From the NCBI GenBank assembly GCA_030295235.1, contig AP026127.1, positions 1,178,001-1,242,000 of the forward strand: 64,000 nt of DNA, given 5' to 3'. This DNA comes from Fistulifera solaris (Eukaryota). Made by a program: the position numbers and the translations under genes. Positions 36,201-48,449 of this stretch are shown one piece after another. Below the pieces are notes generated by a model that was not told the origin of the DNA, did no database searches, and saw nothing but the letters and a program-made list of their open reading frames with translations. Numbering within the stretch: position 1 is the first letter of the stretch; every line of letters begins with the position of its first letter.

Positions 36201-37044
36201 CAGAGACAACAACAATCAATGCGTCTTACGCCTCTTGTTTCGGAAAACCAGACCGCCTTTTGAAAGCACTCTTTATCAAACGGGGTGGAAAGACGATTGC
36301 GGATTCTACGGCGGTCCCGATGCTCCCATGACGTTTCCACTAACTCGAACAGAGAGGCTGCTACTTGTTGACACCGAGAAGTTGGAACGTGGATTGGCAC
36401 TTCCTGAACAAGTCGCGAAGAGTGAAAATGAGGAGAATGCAGAAGATGATGTAGCTCCTACTTTTCGCGATTCTGAGGACTTCCTTTTCCCAATCCAGTT
36501 CCCTTAGGCATCTTGTCACTGCCGCATGTGTTGCGAGAAGCCAGGTCGAGAACGAAAGACACGTACGCGGTTATTGAATCTCGAACAATTCGTTTCGAGA
36601 AAGCCAAACAATTGCGAGAAGGTGCTATACACACATTGCAGTCCACGCTTTTCGCAGAGGAAGCGCAACCGCCACTGTTGTTTTTTTGCGAATGTCCATC
36701 GGACTCTTCACCCCTTGTTACCAGAATGGATGCAGATCGAAAAACGGCTCTTTTTAGATTACTTCCCTTACCTACGATGGCTTGCTGTTTGTGACCGAGC
36801 TGCGGAACGGGCTTATAAAGCAGGCAATTGTAGCAAGCCTGCTTCGGTGGATCACCGGCCTAAGAAACGGACGACACGGCAAACCACCAGTAAGGGTTTT
36901 TCACATGTTTGGGAAGCAATGACGCCTTCCAGCGTGTGGGGAGAGAAAGACGAAGATGGCAACAACCCAAAAGCATCGAAGCTGACGAAGATGCTAGCAG
37001 ATCTTGCGATGTACAAAATTAATTGCACTTCTATTGAGATGTAA
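33295..37044 (+). CDS. ELG1/ATAD5-like RFC-clade AAA+ ATPase with an IPT/TIG-like domain; multiple frameshifts and introns
   Basis: LWVDRF..EDLCGN, Walker A GPVGCGKS, Walker B ILLDEVD, GGFWQAL..SKCPIFLTTN, CGRDMRK and C-terminal FLDYFPYLRWL. Confidence 0.7.
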
Positions 37045-37943
37045 ATGCAAATCATGATTTCGAATGTGATTTAAGTACATAACGATCTGTTTACCTTAAT
37101 GATATTTATCGTACTCATGTCCGCACTTTGTGTTCATAGAAAACACTGTTCTTATAATTAAAATCGTTTTGTCTGACATTTCCGGTCTGTCAAATTTGAT
37201 GAGACATCTGTCTCTTTTACTTGTGCGTCCATTTATACAAAGGACATTCTTATCCCTCTTTTCTTCTCCTTTTCAAATTAGTCACTATTCAAGGAAGACG
37301 CAGCGTTTTTCTTGGGAAAAGATGCGCGTCGAAGTGCTTTGACGATGATAGTGCCGTTCTAACGTCCACCCAAGCTTGGAAAAACAAAAGAATCACTCGA
37401 CTTTTGGGCCACCTAATACAGCACCGGTGTCTTTCATAGCGTTAATGATGATTATCGTTTGAAGAACTGCAAAGATGGGGTAGAAATACCATCCAAAGGT
37501 CAACATTTGAAGGTGTTGACAAAAAGTGAAAATTTCCTGGACAACCCCCTTGCGTTTTGGCGCAAAAATCAGAATGCTTTTCACAGTAATACTACAAAGT
37601 ACCCGGATTAGTACTCTAGACGAAAAGAGTTTTGTCTCTATCGGAGTGGCACTCCAATATTTTTTCATGTCGCAGTGTGTATCTCAAATTTCCTTGAGGA
37701 TGCACGGACAGACTGGACCCTCTTTGAAACTCGTGACTTGTGATATCTGCGGGACAGCTATATTGTACGTACATTTTTACGTAGCTTTGTCGTAGGAAAA
37801 AAGAACCCGGCTAGTTTTGTCTGTATGCCAACCGTAATTTGAGTTGGCGTGGAAACGGCGAAGCTCTTGCTGTTGATGCAGTGTGATTTTTTGTTGTGTT
37901 TTTAGTCTTTCTTATTCTTCTTTTGAATGCAAGTTGAAAGACC

Positions 37944-39520
37944 ATGTTGACTCCGCAATCCCTCCTTCGCCCCGTGGCGAATAGGCTAGCTGCGCGCCAA
38001 GCAGGTCGCGCTTTGTCTTCGAAAGCAGAGACAAATGTAGCGGGGTAAGTGACCGTTCCCTGCGGCCTGTGGAGTGCCTCTTTTTCAGCGTTAGCTTCTT
38101 CTTACACGCCGCATTTCACAATATCTTTCAAATTAAAGTGGTTTTAATTTCCTTTCCGATCAAGATCGTATTTTTACGAATCTTTACGGTGAACAAGACT
38201 GGCGATTAAAAGACTCGATGAAGCGCGGCGATTGGCATTTGACGAAGGAAATCATGTGCATGGGTCCGGATTGGATCGTGCAAGAAATCAAAGACTCTGG
38301 CTTGCGCGGACGCGGAGGTGCCGGTTTTCCGTCGGGTCTCAAATGGAGTTTCATGCCCAAGAATACGGACGGTCGTCCTAGTTTCTTGGTAGTGAATGCC
38401 GATGAGAGTGAGCCAGGTACTTGCAAGGATCGTGAAATTATGCGAAAGGACCCTCATAAACTCGTTGAGGGATGCTTGCTGGCCGGGTATGCGATGCGTG
38501 CTCGTGCTGCCTACATCTACATCCGCGGGGAATACTTTAACGAGGCAGTGGTGATGGATGAAGCGATTCACGAAGCCTACAGTGCCGGATTGCTCGGAAA
38601 GAACGCATGCGGATCGGGTTACGATTTTGATATTTATCTTCACCGCGGAGCTGGTGCTTACATCTGCGGAGAAGAGACTGCGTTGATTGAAAGCTTGGAA
38701 GGAAAGCAAGGAAAGCCCCGCCTCAAACCTCCGTTCCCTGCGGGTGTTGGTCTCTTTGGATGCCCTTCTACCGTGACCAATGTTGAAACGGTTGCTGTGG
38801 CGCCCACGATTCTGCGACGAGGCGCTTCCTGGTTTTCATCTTTTGGACGTGAAAACAACCGTGGAACCAAGCTCTTTGCTATTTCTGGTCATGTGAAGAA
38901 TCCCATTGTTGTCGAGGAATCCATGTCGATTCCTCTTCGCGAATTGATTGACAAGCACTGCGGTGGTATGCGTACTGGATGGGACAACTTGCAAGCCTGC
39001 ATTCCTGGAGGATCTTCTGTTCCAGTTCTCAATAAGAAGCTGTGCGATGAGGCCATTATGGATTTTGATGACTTGCGCTCCAAGGGATCTGGATTGGGAA
39101 CTGCGGCAGTCACCATGTTTGATAACACGGTTGATATGGTAGGTGCAATTCGTCGCTTATCCCACTTCTACCAGCACGAATCGTGTGGTCAGTGCACTCC
39201 TTGCCGTGAGGGAACAGGCTGGCTTGAGGACATTTTGATTCGCATGGAAAAAGGGAGACGCCGACAAGCGCGAAATTCCCATGCTTGAAGAAATTTCCAG
39301 ACAGATTGAGGGACACACCATTTGTGCTTTGGGAGATGCCGCAGCTTGGCCTGTCCAAGGTCTGATTCGTCACTTTAAGGCTGATATTGAGAAGCGAATT
39401 GATGATCCGTCTAGCTTTGATGCCGAAGCCGCTTTCCAAAAGGCGTGGAGTGGTGATCCTTTTGACAACGCCCAATGGACCAAAGAACATGGTGCAGGAA
39501 AAACATATGCCTCTGCTTAA
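37944..39520 (+). CDS. NDUFV1: NADH:ubiquinone oxidoreductase 51-kDa flavoprotein subunit; intron 38045-38138, frameshift near 39250
   Basis: [58 protein letters not shown] and [15 protein letters not shown]; mitochondrial presequence in exon 1. Confidence 0.97.
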
Positions 39521-39589
39521 AGAGCTTATAAAAACTAAGGTTTAGTGCATGTGATACGTTTACTCTGTATTGTTGTAATCTTGTCCTGA

Positions 39590-40632
39590 TTTCTGGGAGG
39601 CCCCAGATTTTCTGTAAGAACGAAATACACCTGGTCCAGAATTTCTGGTTCATAATACAACTGGTCCAGAATTTCTGGACCAAACCTGATTTTCTCTATG
39701 AATGAAATACGCCTGGTCCAGAATTTCTGACACAGCCCAGAATTTCTGTAGGAATGAAATGCACCTGGTCCAGAATTTCTGGACCGCCCCAGATTTCCTT
39801 TGTAATGAAATACACATCGTCCAGAATTTCTGGACCAGCCTAATTTTTTGTAATGAAATACACATGGTCCAGAATTTCTGGACCAGCCCGATTTCCCTTT
39901 GTAATGAAATAGACATGGTCCAGAATTTCTGGACCAGCCCAGATTTCCTGTATGAATGAAAGGTGTAGAATTTCTGGACCAGCCCAGATTTTCTGTACGA
40001 ATGAAATACACATGGTCCAGAATTTCTGGACAAGCCCAGATTTTCTGTAAGAATGAAAACACATGATCCAGAATTTCTGGACCAGCCCAGAATTTTTGTA
40101 GGAATGAAATACACATGATCCAGAATTTTTGGACCAGCCCAGAATTTCTGTACGAATGAAATACACATGGTCCAGAATTTCTGGACCAGCCCAGAATTTC
40201 TGTAGGAATGAAATACACATGGTCCAGAATTTCTGGTTCATAATACAACTGGTCCAGAATTTCTGGACCAAACCTGATTTTCTCTATGAATGAAATACGC
40301 CTGGTCCAGAATTTCTGACACAGCCCAGAATTTCTGTAGGAATGAAATGCACCTGGTCCAGAATTTCTGGACCAGCCCAGAATTTCTGTACGAATGAAAT
40401 ACACACGGTCCAGAATTTCTGGACCAGCCCAGAACTGTACGAATGAAATAACACCTGGTCCAGAATTTTTGGACCAGCCCAGAATTTCTGTGCGAATGAA
40501 ATAAGCATGCTCCAGAATTTCTGGGCCAGCCCAGAATTTCTCTACGAATGAAATGCACATGGTCCAGAATTTCTGGACCAGCCCTGAATTTCTGTACGAA
40601 TGAAATACACCTGGTCCAGAATTTCTGGACCT
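39590..40632 (+). repeat. Tandem array 2 of the same ~52-bp palindromic unit (~21 copies)
   Basis: Same unit and orientation as 4095-5135; includes 30-bp shortened units and an internal block duplicated at a 588-bp offset. Confidence 0.97.
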
Positions 40633-40979
40633 GCTTCTCCTTGGTTGTAAAATGATACGGAGTAGGAAAAACTAAAGCTCGGTGGATCGGGCATTCGAAT
40701 GAATCACTGGTTGGATCAAATCACGATAAGCGATAAGGCTTCTTGCGTACGTAAGTGACTCAGAGTGATACTACTACTTAAATCCTTTATACAAGAGGCA
40801 GCTGACTATGACGTGGAAAGAAGCATCCGCGATCCGTCCGTCCGACGAAAAAGATCGCGCCTTTCGACAAACCGCAGCATGATGATGACACCATTATTGC
40901 AACATATTATTGTGATCAATCTCTGCTGCAACTCGCAACATAAAGACGACAATTAACGGCAACTTTTCTGTGAGCAAAG

Positions 40980-41828
40980 ATGTTATACCGAAATCTATTC
41001 GCTTTTACCGCTTTTTGGGCTGGCTGCAGTGCATTCACAGTGCAAGAACAGGCCAATCGCCGAATGATCTCTCTGAATCTATCGGAAGATAACTTGATTA
41101 CGGAAGGTTCACGCCGTTCATTCCTTTCCCAAGCCGCCATTACGACTGGAATGGCCTGTTTCGGTGAAACATTGTCGCTGCAACCCGCGAATGCCGTCAG
41201 CGGAGTGAGTAAGGTAGACGCCAAGTTACGCGGTTACGGGCTGCCGCCGTTGGGCCCGGTCCCCGATGGCTTTGCCCCCCTTCTCGAAATTTACGGCAAA
41301 GGGAAAAACCGTTTTCCCATTCTTGTTTCCTTTTCTCATCCCATTACTTGGGTTGTTCAAACGCCGAGTAACGACGTAAATGGAGAGGATGGAACGGTGC
41401 AAGCGGGAGATTACGGAAAGGGCGACACGGCAACCTTCTTTGTTTATTCTGACCCGGGACATGTGAACGATATTGCTACACAACCAAAAGAATTGTTTGA
41501 GAAGGCGTTGATGAAGTCCATCGGCCAGAAAGGTGAGAACATGTACCAGAATTTCAAGGTTACCAAGTTAACGCCAGTTACGAAAGCGGGCCAAACGTAC
41601 GTGATGGCGGATTTCAAGTACCAGTTGTTGACGGGTGCTGGTTTCGAAGTGGATCGAAAAGGTGTTGCTAGTATTACTAGTGAAGGTCCTGCTGTGGAAG
41701 TTCTCTGGGCTGCCTCCACATCGGCGCGTTTCAAGAAGACGGAACCGAATCTTCGCAACATTGTTGACAGCTTTCGATGCTACACGGAAGGGATTAACAT
41801 GTCCGATGAGTTGATGCAATACGATTGA
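40980..41828 (+). CDS. PsbP-domain-like thylakoid lumen protein
   Basis: Signal CSA|FTV, twin-arginine SRRSFL, hydrophobic stretch ending ANA|VSG, and C-terminal YQLLTGAGFEVDRKG..IVDSF. Confidence 0.75.
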   Translation: MLYRNLFAFTAFWAGCSAFTVQEQANRRMISLNLSEDNLITEGSRRSFLSQAAITTGMACFGETLSLQPANAVSGVSKVDAKLRGYGLPPLGPVPDGFAPLLEIYGKGKNRFPILVSFSHPITWVVQTPSNDVNGEDGTVQAGDYGKGDTATFFVYSDPGHVNDIATQPKELFEKALMKSIGQKGENMYQNFKVTKLTPVTKAGQTYVMADFKYQLLTGAGFEVDRKGVASITSEGPAVEVLWAASTSARFKKTEPNLRNIVDSFRCYTEGINMSDELMQYD

Positions 41829-42582
41829 ACAATTTCGCTAAAGTTTAGATAATTCTCGTTGAAGCGCATTGTTGCTTTGCGTAATATATTCTGTGAGTTG
41901 AATCGTGCGCATCCAAGACTGCTTAAAGACTGCATCGGGTATTTTCCTTTTGACCTTGACCGACAACTCATCAGTAACTCTAATTGTTCCACTGAAGGAA
42001 GTAGCCGACACTAATCCGCTTAGGGAAGCGATCGGTGATCGATGCTTTCTTTTGTCCGTCTTTCGATCGGCACCGAAATCGGATGTTGCCAATGGAATGT
42101 GAGCTAGGAGCTCTAGAGTCTTTCGGTATTGTGCGTCTTACCTTCATCTCATCTCTAGTTATCTTTACTATTGGCGGTCTAAGCAATCGGCTCAAGTGGA
42201 GACGAGGAGTGAGTCAAGAACGTATAACACGAGTGAGTTGGTCGCCTTTTACAAGTCATCGTTCCGGTACCGTACCGGTAGTCAAATGCATCCAAGACTA
42301 CTTCCCATCATACAGTACATGGAAGGAGTTCTGGAGATAAAACTTATTGCTTCGTACCGGTACTAAAAGTATCTCAACTTCGCCAAAAACGCCGAAGAAG
42401 GAAGGCGAGCGAACGAATGAACGCAAAGAAAGATTTTTCCTTGTCCGAAGACTTTCTTCTTGAATGGACTTCAGCTTCAGCACATTTCAAAGGAGCGAGA
42501 CAGAACTGCAACAAGCCGTAACACATCGGAGCCAGTTTCTGTCTATCGAAAGCAAGTGATACCGAAAAGGAAATAAAGACAA

Positions 42583-45186
42583 ATGGGCTGTGGACCGAGC
42601 AAAGAAGCAGCAGCAGCTGTCTCGGTAGAGACCTCGAAAGCGACAATTACTCCACGTAAGCTTTCTTTGCGTTACTCAATTCCTTGTTTGCTTGCGTTTT
42701 CTCTGACAACATCGTTTTTATCTTGACTATTTTAACGAAAAGGTTCGATAAATTTGAAGAATACTACGGCAGCAAGTACGCAGGCGGAGTCTTTACGAAA
42801 GGGTTCTTCTTCCAATCGAGAGTTGAAACCTCTTTCCGATCACAGCAAAAAGTCAGCCGAGGAACGCCGCAATGACTGGAAAATCAGACCAGGTTACTCT
42901 TCTGGTGCATCTTCGTATGATGGTTCCGAGATCGGAGAGGATCTTTCGACGAGAGACCTCAATCGCAGCGGAATATTGGATCTGGTCAATTTGCGTCAAG
43001 AGATGCAAGAGAAGGGTGGAATTGCTACCAATGTTGTGCGAATTGAGGTATGTATCTTAAAAGTGAGGTGTCTTTTTGTCGATCTATTGCGAATGCCTCT
43101 CACTGTTTACCTCTTTCACAACAACATAGACCCCTTTCGGAAAGCCAATTGAAGAAATCTACGACGGTGTTCACGATGGACCCATCTTGGGTTCTGGAGT
43201 GTCGGGGATCGTTCGCTTGGTAACACATCGAGAAACAGGCGTCAATTACGCAGTAAAATGCCTCGATATTGGTCTGGTCGACTCGGTAGAAGGATTGCGA
43301 CAACTCCGTAATGAAATTTTTATCATGTGCCAGCTCGACCACCCCAACATTGTCAGGATAGAAGAAGTGTACGAGAGCACCAATGAAATATATATTTTGC
43401 AGGAATTGTGTCATGGAGGTGATTTGTTTGATCGCTTGGATGAACAACCAGATTTTCATTACACGGAAGCGCAATGTGCCAGGCTCGTTAAACAAATGGT
43501 ATCCGCCGTGCGATATTTACACTCGAAAGGGATCATTCATCGTGATTTAAAACTGGAAAACTTTTTGTTTAGCAACCAAGAGCCAGACTCGGAACTGAAA
43601 ATGATCGATTTCGGCTTATCAAAACATTTTGAACTAGGACAAAGCCTTCACGACAAAGTTGGAACGCCGTACACGGTTGCTCCTGAAATCATTCAAGGCG
43701 CGTATGACGAAAAGTGTGATGTTTGGGCAGTTGGTGTCATAACTTACCTACTGCTGAGCGGTGAGACGCCTTTCGGTGGATTGGACGGCGAAAGTCTTCT
43801 TCTAGTAAAAGAAAATATCATGCGAGGCGAGCTGACTTTCGAACCGGCGGATGTTTGGGCTCAAGTTAGCGATGATGGAAAGCGGTTTGTCAAACGGCTG
43901 CTACGTGCCGATCCGAAGAAAAGGCCCACTGCACGGGAAATACAAAAAGATCGTTGGATTCAAGTGTGGGCGAAAAAGGATATACGCGAAGGAAACAAGC
44001 TAAATTCGAAAACTTTGGAAAGTCTGGTTTCGTTCAAAGAAAACTCTGACATGCAGAAGATTCTATCGGAAGTACTTAGCTTTACGCTTTTGCCCGACCA
44101 AATCGCGGATCTCCGACAAGAATTTGAATTAATAGATACCGATGGTGATGGAGAGATAACGCTGAAAGCGTTGCGCACTGTTCTTCTCGAGAATGCTGAA
44201 GCTGGGACATTAGGCGCTTTGACAGAACAAGAAATCGTGGACATATTCGACGCAATAAAGACACGGAAAAATGAACCCACAATTCGTTGGCATGATTTTC
44301 TTGCAGCTGGACTTTCTCAAGCGCGAGTTGACGACAGAAACCTCCGTTTGGCTTTTGATCGACTTGATGGCAATCGACGAGGGTAAGTAAAGTGCTCCAT
44401 TAGTTTTAAGGCTGCTTCTTTTTTCTAAACGACGCTGTTCGCAGATACATAAGTATCGAAGATCTCCAGAATTTACTAGGTAACTCTACAGCGTATGAAG
44501 AGCTTGAGAAAATATGGCGAGACAGTTTAAAACAATGCACTTCTAAAGATACGATCGATTTTGAAAATTTCAAAAAGCTAATGAAAGGACAACCAAAGGA
44601 AGCGGGAACTCCCGAATCATCGTTCCGTCGTGTCGGTAAGGGAATAGGCGAAGGGTCTCTGGGGGTCTTGCCTGAAGGAGAGAGCACCGAAGATCACACG
44701 TCCGATTCTATCAATAAGCTCAGTAATGGAGAAACACCCGTTCGCTTTCAGAAAAAGAAGTCTTTATCACACGAACTTAAAAGTGGGGTTCAGTGGGACG
44801 ATGGAGATCGATCCGCGAGTATTGCTTTCTTGCCATCTAAAACCGATGAGGATGAAAGTTCAGAACTTAGTTTAACATCTGCATCGCCCTTGATGGCAAA
44901 TAGAGCATTGTATCGCAGACATCGCGGTATGAGATTAGCTGTGCTTGAAGCATCGAAACAATTCGACAAGAAAAGGACAGATCGTCAGACAAAAGATATC
45001 CCGGTGCAGGCTGGTCTGATAATGAAGCGAGGCACGATGCCGCCTGTCGAGCTCGAGGATGCACACACGCGTGCGTTATTTGATGCTGCAGCGAAGCGGT
45101 GCGGTCGCTCAAGGCATACAAAAAATAAGACTGTCTCCGATGTTACTGGAATGTTAATGAAAAAACCGTCGCCAGCTTTCAAATGA
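42583..45186 (+). CDS. Calcium-dependent protein kinase with EF-hands; introns 42656-42742, 43048-43129 and 44383-44443
   Basis: Start MGCGPSK; kinase motifs LGSGVSG, AVK, HRDLKLEN, DFG and APE; EF-hands DTDGDGEIT and DGNRRGYIS. The splice joins keep frame. Confidence 0.9.
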
Positions 45187-45286
45187 ATGAACTTGTCTCA
45201 ACGGCTACATTGATCTGATTGATGTCTTTACTTAGGAAAAAAACAATTAACGATGATTATATACGTTTACCCGTTTGCCAGTGAAT

Positions 45287-47957
45287 TTAATTCTGTTCTT
45301 TGGTCTCGCTTAACATCTCTGGACTCTTTTCAAACGTATCGCGCATGCGTTTCAGATCTTCAATAAGATCCTCCACTTTCTTTTCACCCTCAACCTTGTT
45401 CTCACGCGTACGGATATTCACCGATCCGTTCTCCACCTCGACTTTGCCAACGACGAGTTGGAAATTATATTGGGCGATCTGAGCGTTTCGAACTTTCTTT
45501 TGAAACGTGTTCTTGGAGAAATCTACATCAGCATAAAAACCCTCGTCATGCAGTCTCTGTCTCACGTTTTCACAGTACTCGTTCCAATCAGCGTGAACAG
45601 GAATGAGCATGACTTGGCGAGGACTGAGCCAGAATGGCCACTTGCCTCCAAAATGTTCACAAAGCACGGCGAACATGCGCTCCACGCTTCCCAACATCGC
45701 ACGATGGATCATCACAGGACGAGCAAATTGTTTGCCTTCTTCCTTGCTCGCAGTAGTGTACTGGAGATTGAAACGAATTGGGAGCTGAAAATCTAGCTGG
45801 ATGGTAGCACACTGGTGGACACGATCCATAGCATCCATGACCTTGATATCAATCTTGGGACCATAAAATGCTCCATCTCCGGGATTGATGCGCCAGTTTC
45901 CCTCGCCGATGAATTCGTTCATCGCTCTTGCTAGAGCAGCTTCCGCTCTATCCCACAATTCAATATCACCCAAAGCTTTTGCTGGCCGGGTCGATAATTC
46001 GAGCTTGTACGACATGCCGAATGTGTCGTAGACATCCTTCATGAAGTTCAATGCCCCAACGACTTCAGACTCAATCTGGTCTTCGCGACAATAGATGTGG
46101 GCGTCGTCCTGCTGGAAGCGACGAACGCGCGTTAATCCTGTCAACGCACCAGACAGCTCATTGCGATGGAGAACGCCGAAATCTGCCATACGAATAGGGA
46201 GATCACGATAAGAGCGAATAGCGCCTCCAAAAATAAGACAATGACCAGGGCAATTCATGGGCTTCATCGCCCACTCTGTGCCTTCCACATCAAAGCAAAA
46301 CATGGCGTCCTTGTAATGCATGGCGTGCCCAGATTGGTGCCACAAATCGAGATTGTAGATGTTAGGAGTAATGACCTCATCGTAACCACGTTTCCAGTAG
46401 TGATCCTTGATAAAGCTGATGAGCTTATTGTAGATTCGAGCACCGTGGGGCAACCAGAATGCACTACCGGCTGACAAATCGTGGAACATGACAAGGTCTT
46501 GCTTTGCAGCAATGCGCCGGTGATCTCTCTCTTTGGCCTGTTGTTTCGATGACAGTTGATAATGTTAGATAGCTTGTATAAGCAGCTTATAAACAACAAT
46601 TATCCAGTATTGCGGAAACACGGCTCAGAAGAATCAGCGGACGAATGTTTTCGGTCATAATGTAATCCGTGAATGAGATTTCTTTGTATCCTCATAGCCA
46701 GGGTCGCGACGAAGAGTATAAATCCATCACCTACCTTTTCTTGATTCTCTTGCCATACTTTCAACATTTTCTTGTCCGGGAAACTGATACCGTACATTCG
46801 TTGCAACGTGTCGTTGTCTGTGTTTCCGAGCCAGTTGGTAGCCGAATGGCGCGTTGCTGCAAACGCCTTGATTTTCCCGGTGTGAACTACGTGAGGTCCC
46901 CGACAAAGATCAATCAAGTCACCACATCGATACACAGTAGTGCGACCATTATCAGGGACTTTGGTTTTCAAAATGGACTGCTTGAACGGATTGTCCGCAA
47001 AGAGTTCCAGACCTTCTTCTTTGGTGATCACCATGCGCTCAAATTGTTGTTTTTGTTTGACAATCTTATTCACCTCCTCTTCTACCGGTTTATCTATAAC
47101 AGAAAACAATTAATGAGATTAAAGGGCACACAAAATAGCATTGTGACGTGTCGATTGAACTTACAATCTTCTTCACGAAACGCATCAGTCCCCATGTACG
47201 AATCGTAGTAAAAGCCACCGGCCAAAGGAGGTCCAATCGTCAACTTGCATCCATACAAATGCTCCAAGGCTTCTCCCATCATATGCGCAGAGGAATGCCA
47301 GAAAACAGTTTTGGCGTCCTGATCCGTTTCAAATTTGAGGAATTCTAGTTTCGCCACTTGTCCTACTAAAGGTCGCGTCATATCCCACAAAAAAGTCTTA
47401 TCCGAGTCAGATTTCTCCAAGCCAGCATCCGCCATGGCGTCACTTAACATATCTTCGCCTTCCATGCCGTCTTCTGCCGGGGAGTAATCATCGCAATACG
47501 ACTCGTACGTAACTCGAGCTACCGTAGCAGCATCCGCCAATCCTTGCGAAATGGTGACCGCCACATCGTACGGTGATGTTTTCCACGCTTGCAAAGAATT
47601 GCCTTGCTTATCTTCGGAAATCAGTTTTCCGTCGGGTAAAGTAACAGTGATCGAAACAGGAGTTTTCTTCGTCAACTCTTCCGCGCGGCGTTGCTGGATC
47701 TTCTGATAAACATCCATGCGTTGCTTCAACCAATCCGGATCTTTCGTGCGTTTCACAAACGAGTCACCACCCAACTTGAGCCCGGCATCCATTTTGGGAC
47801 CCGAGGACGCCTTGGCGCGTCGTCCTTGCAATCCTTCCTTGTTTGCCTTGACGGAAGACGATGGCTGCGAAACACCCGGGGCATCCATCACAGCGAATTT
47901 GCTGGTAGCATTGCATTTTAAGCTACTAGGAATGATCGCTTTTTCTTCTGGTTTCAT
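45287..47957 (-). CDS. TARS: Threonyl-tRNA synthetase (cytosolic type); introns 47094-47164 and 46538-46734
   Basis: [56 protein letters not shown] and [10 protein letters not shown]. Confidence 0.97.
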
Positions 47958-48119
47958 GTTGCTGAATTAAGAAATGGAATATACTGCCTCACTTTTACAA
48001 TACTAACTCGGTTATTGTTGCTGTATGGTCTTTCCATTGTTTGCATGCAACACAAAATACGAAAAACTAGTCCGCCGACTGCGGACGGATGAACGGTGGA
48101 GAATGATCAACTTTCCTTA

Positions 48120-48449
48120 CAATCCCCTTGCAAAATTTTACGGATTTTACTTATTAAAAGCGACATAATTCACATGGATTTTATTTAACAGCACAAAACC
48201 AGTTTTCCTGTATGGTTGAATGTGTACGAGTGGAACCATAATACAGAATGGGTATTGCTCAACTAATTAAGGTTATCTGAGTTAAAAGCTGGATAACCTT
48301 AATGAATTGTTGAAATTGCTGTCCCTTTCATGGGTTCAAGTGTACACATTCAGCCACACTTGGAGACTGGTTTTAAAAAACGTAATATAAACCTTGTGAA
48401 TCTTGTCGTTTTTACTAAGTGAAATCCGTAATATTTTGCAAGGGGATTG
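48120..48449. mobile_element. Foldback MITE-like element with long imperfect inverted arms, flanked by TA (Tc1/mariner-like ends)
   Basis: Left TA|CAATCCCCTTGCAAAATTTTACGGATTT; right AAATCCGTAATATTTTGCAAGGGGATTG|TA. The symmetry continues inward to AAGGTTATC..GATAACCTT near 48270-48300; no coding capacity. Confidence 0.8.

Noticed and set aside
37130..37795. Short ORFs between the ELG1-like gene and NDUFV1
   Set aside because: No motif, weak coding character, mostly non-ATG starts.
39240..39290. Programmed ribosomal frameshifting or true pseudogenisation of NDUFV1 and other genes
   Set aside because: Indels cluster in homopolymers across unrelated essential genes; sequencing error is more parsimonious.
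39535..40560. 341-aa ORF and other ORFs in both 52-bp arrays (GPEILDQV/SRNSGPG/VQKFWTRC)
   Set aside because: By-product of a stop-poor 52-bp unit cycling through all three frames; unit indels ignore frame.
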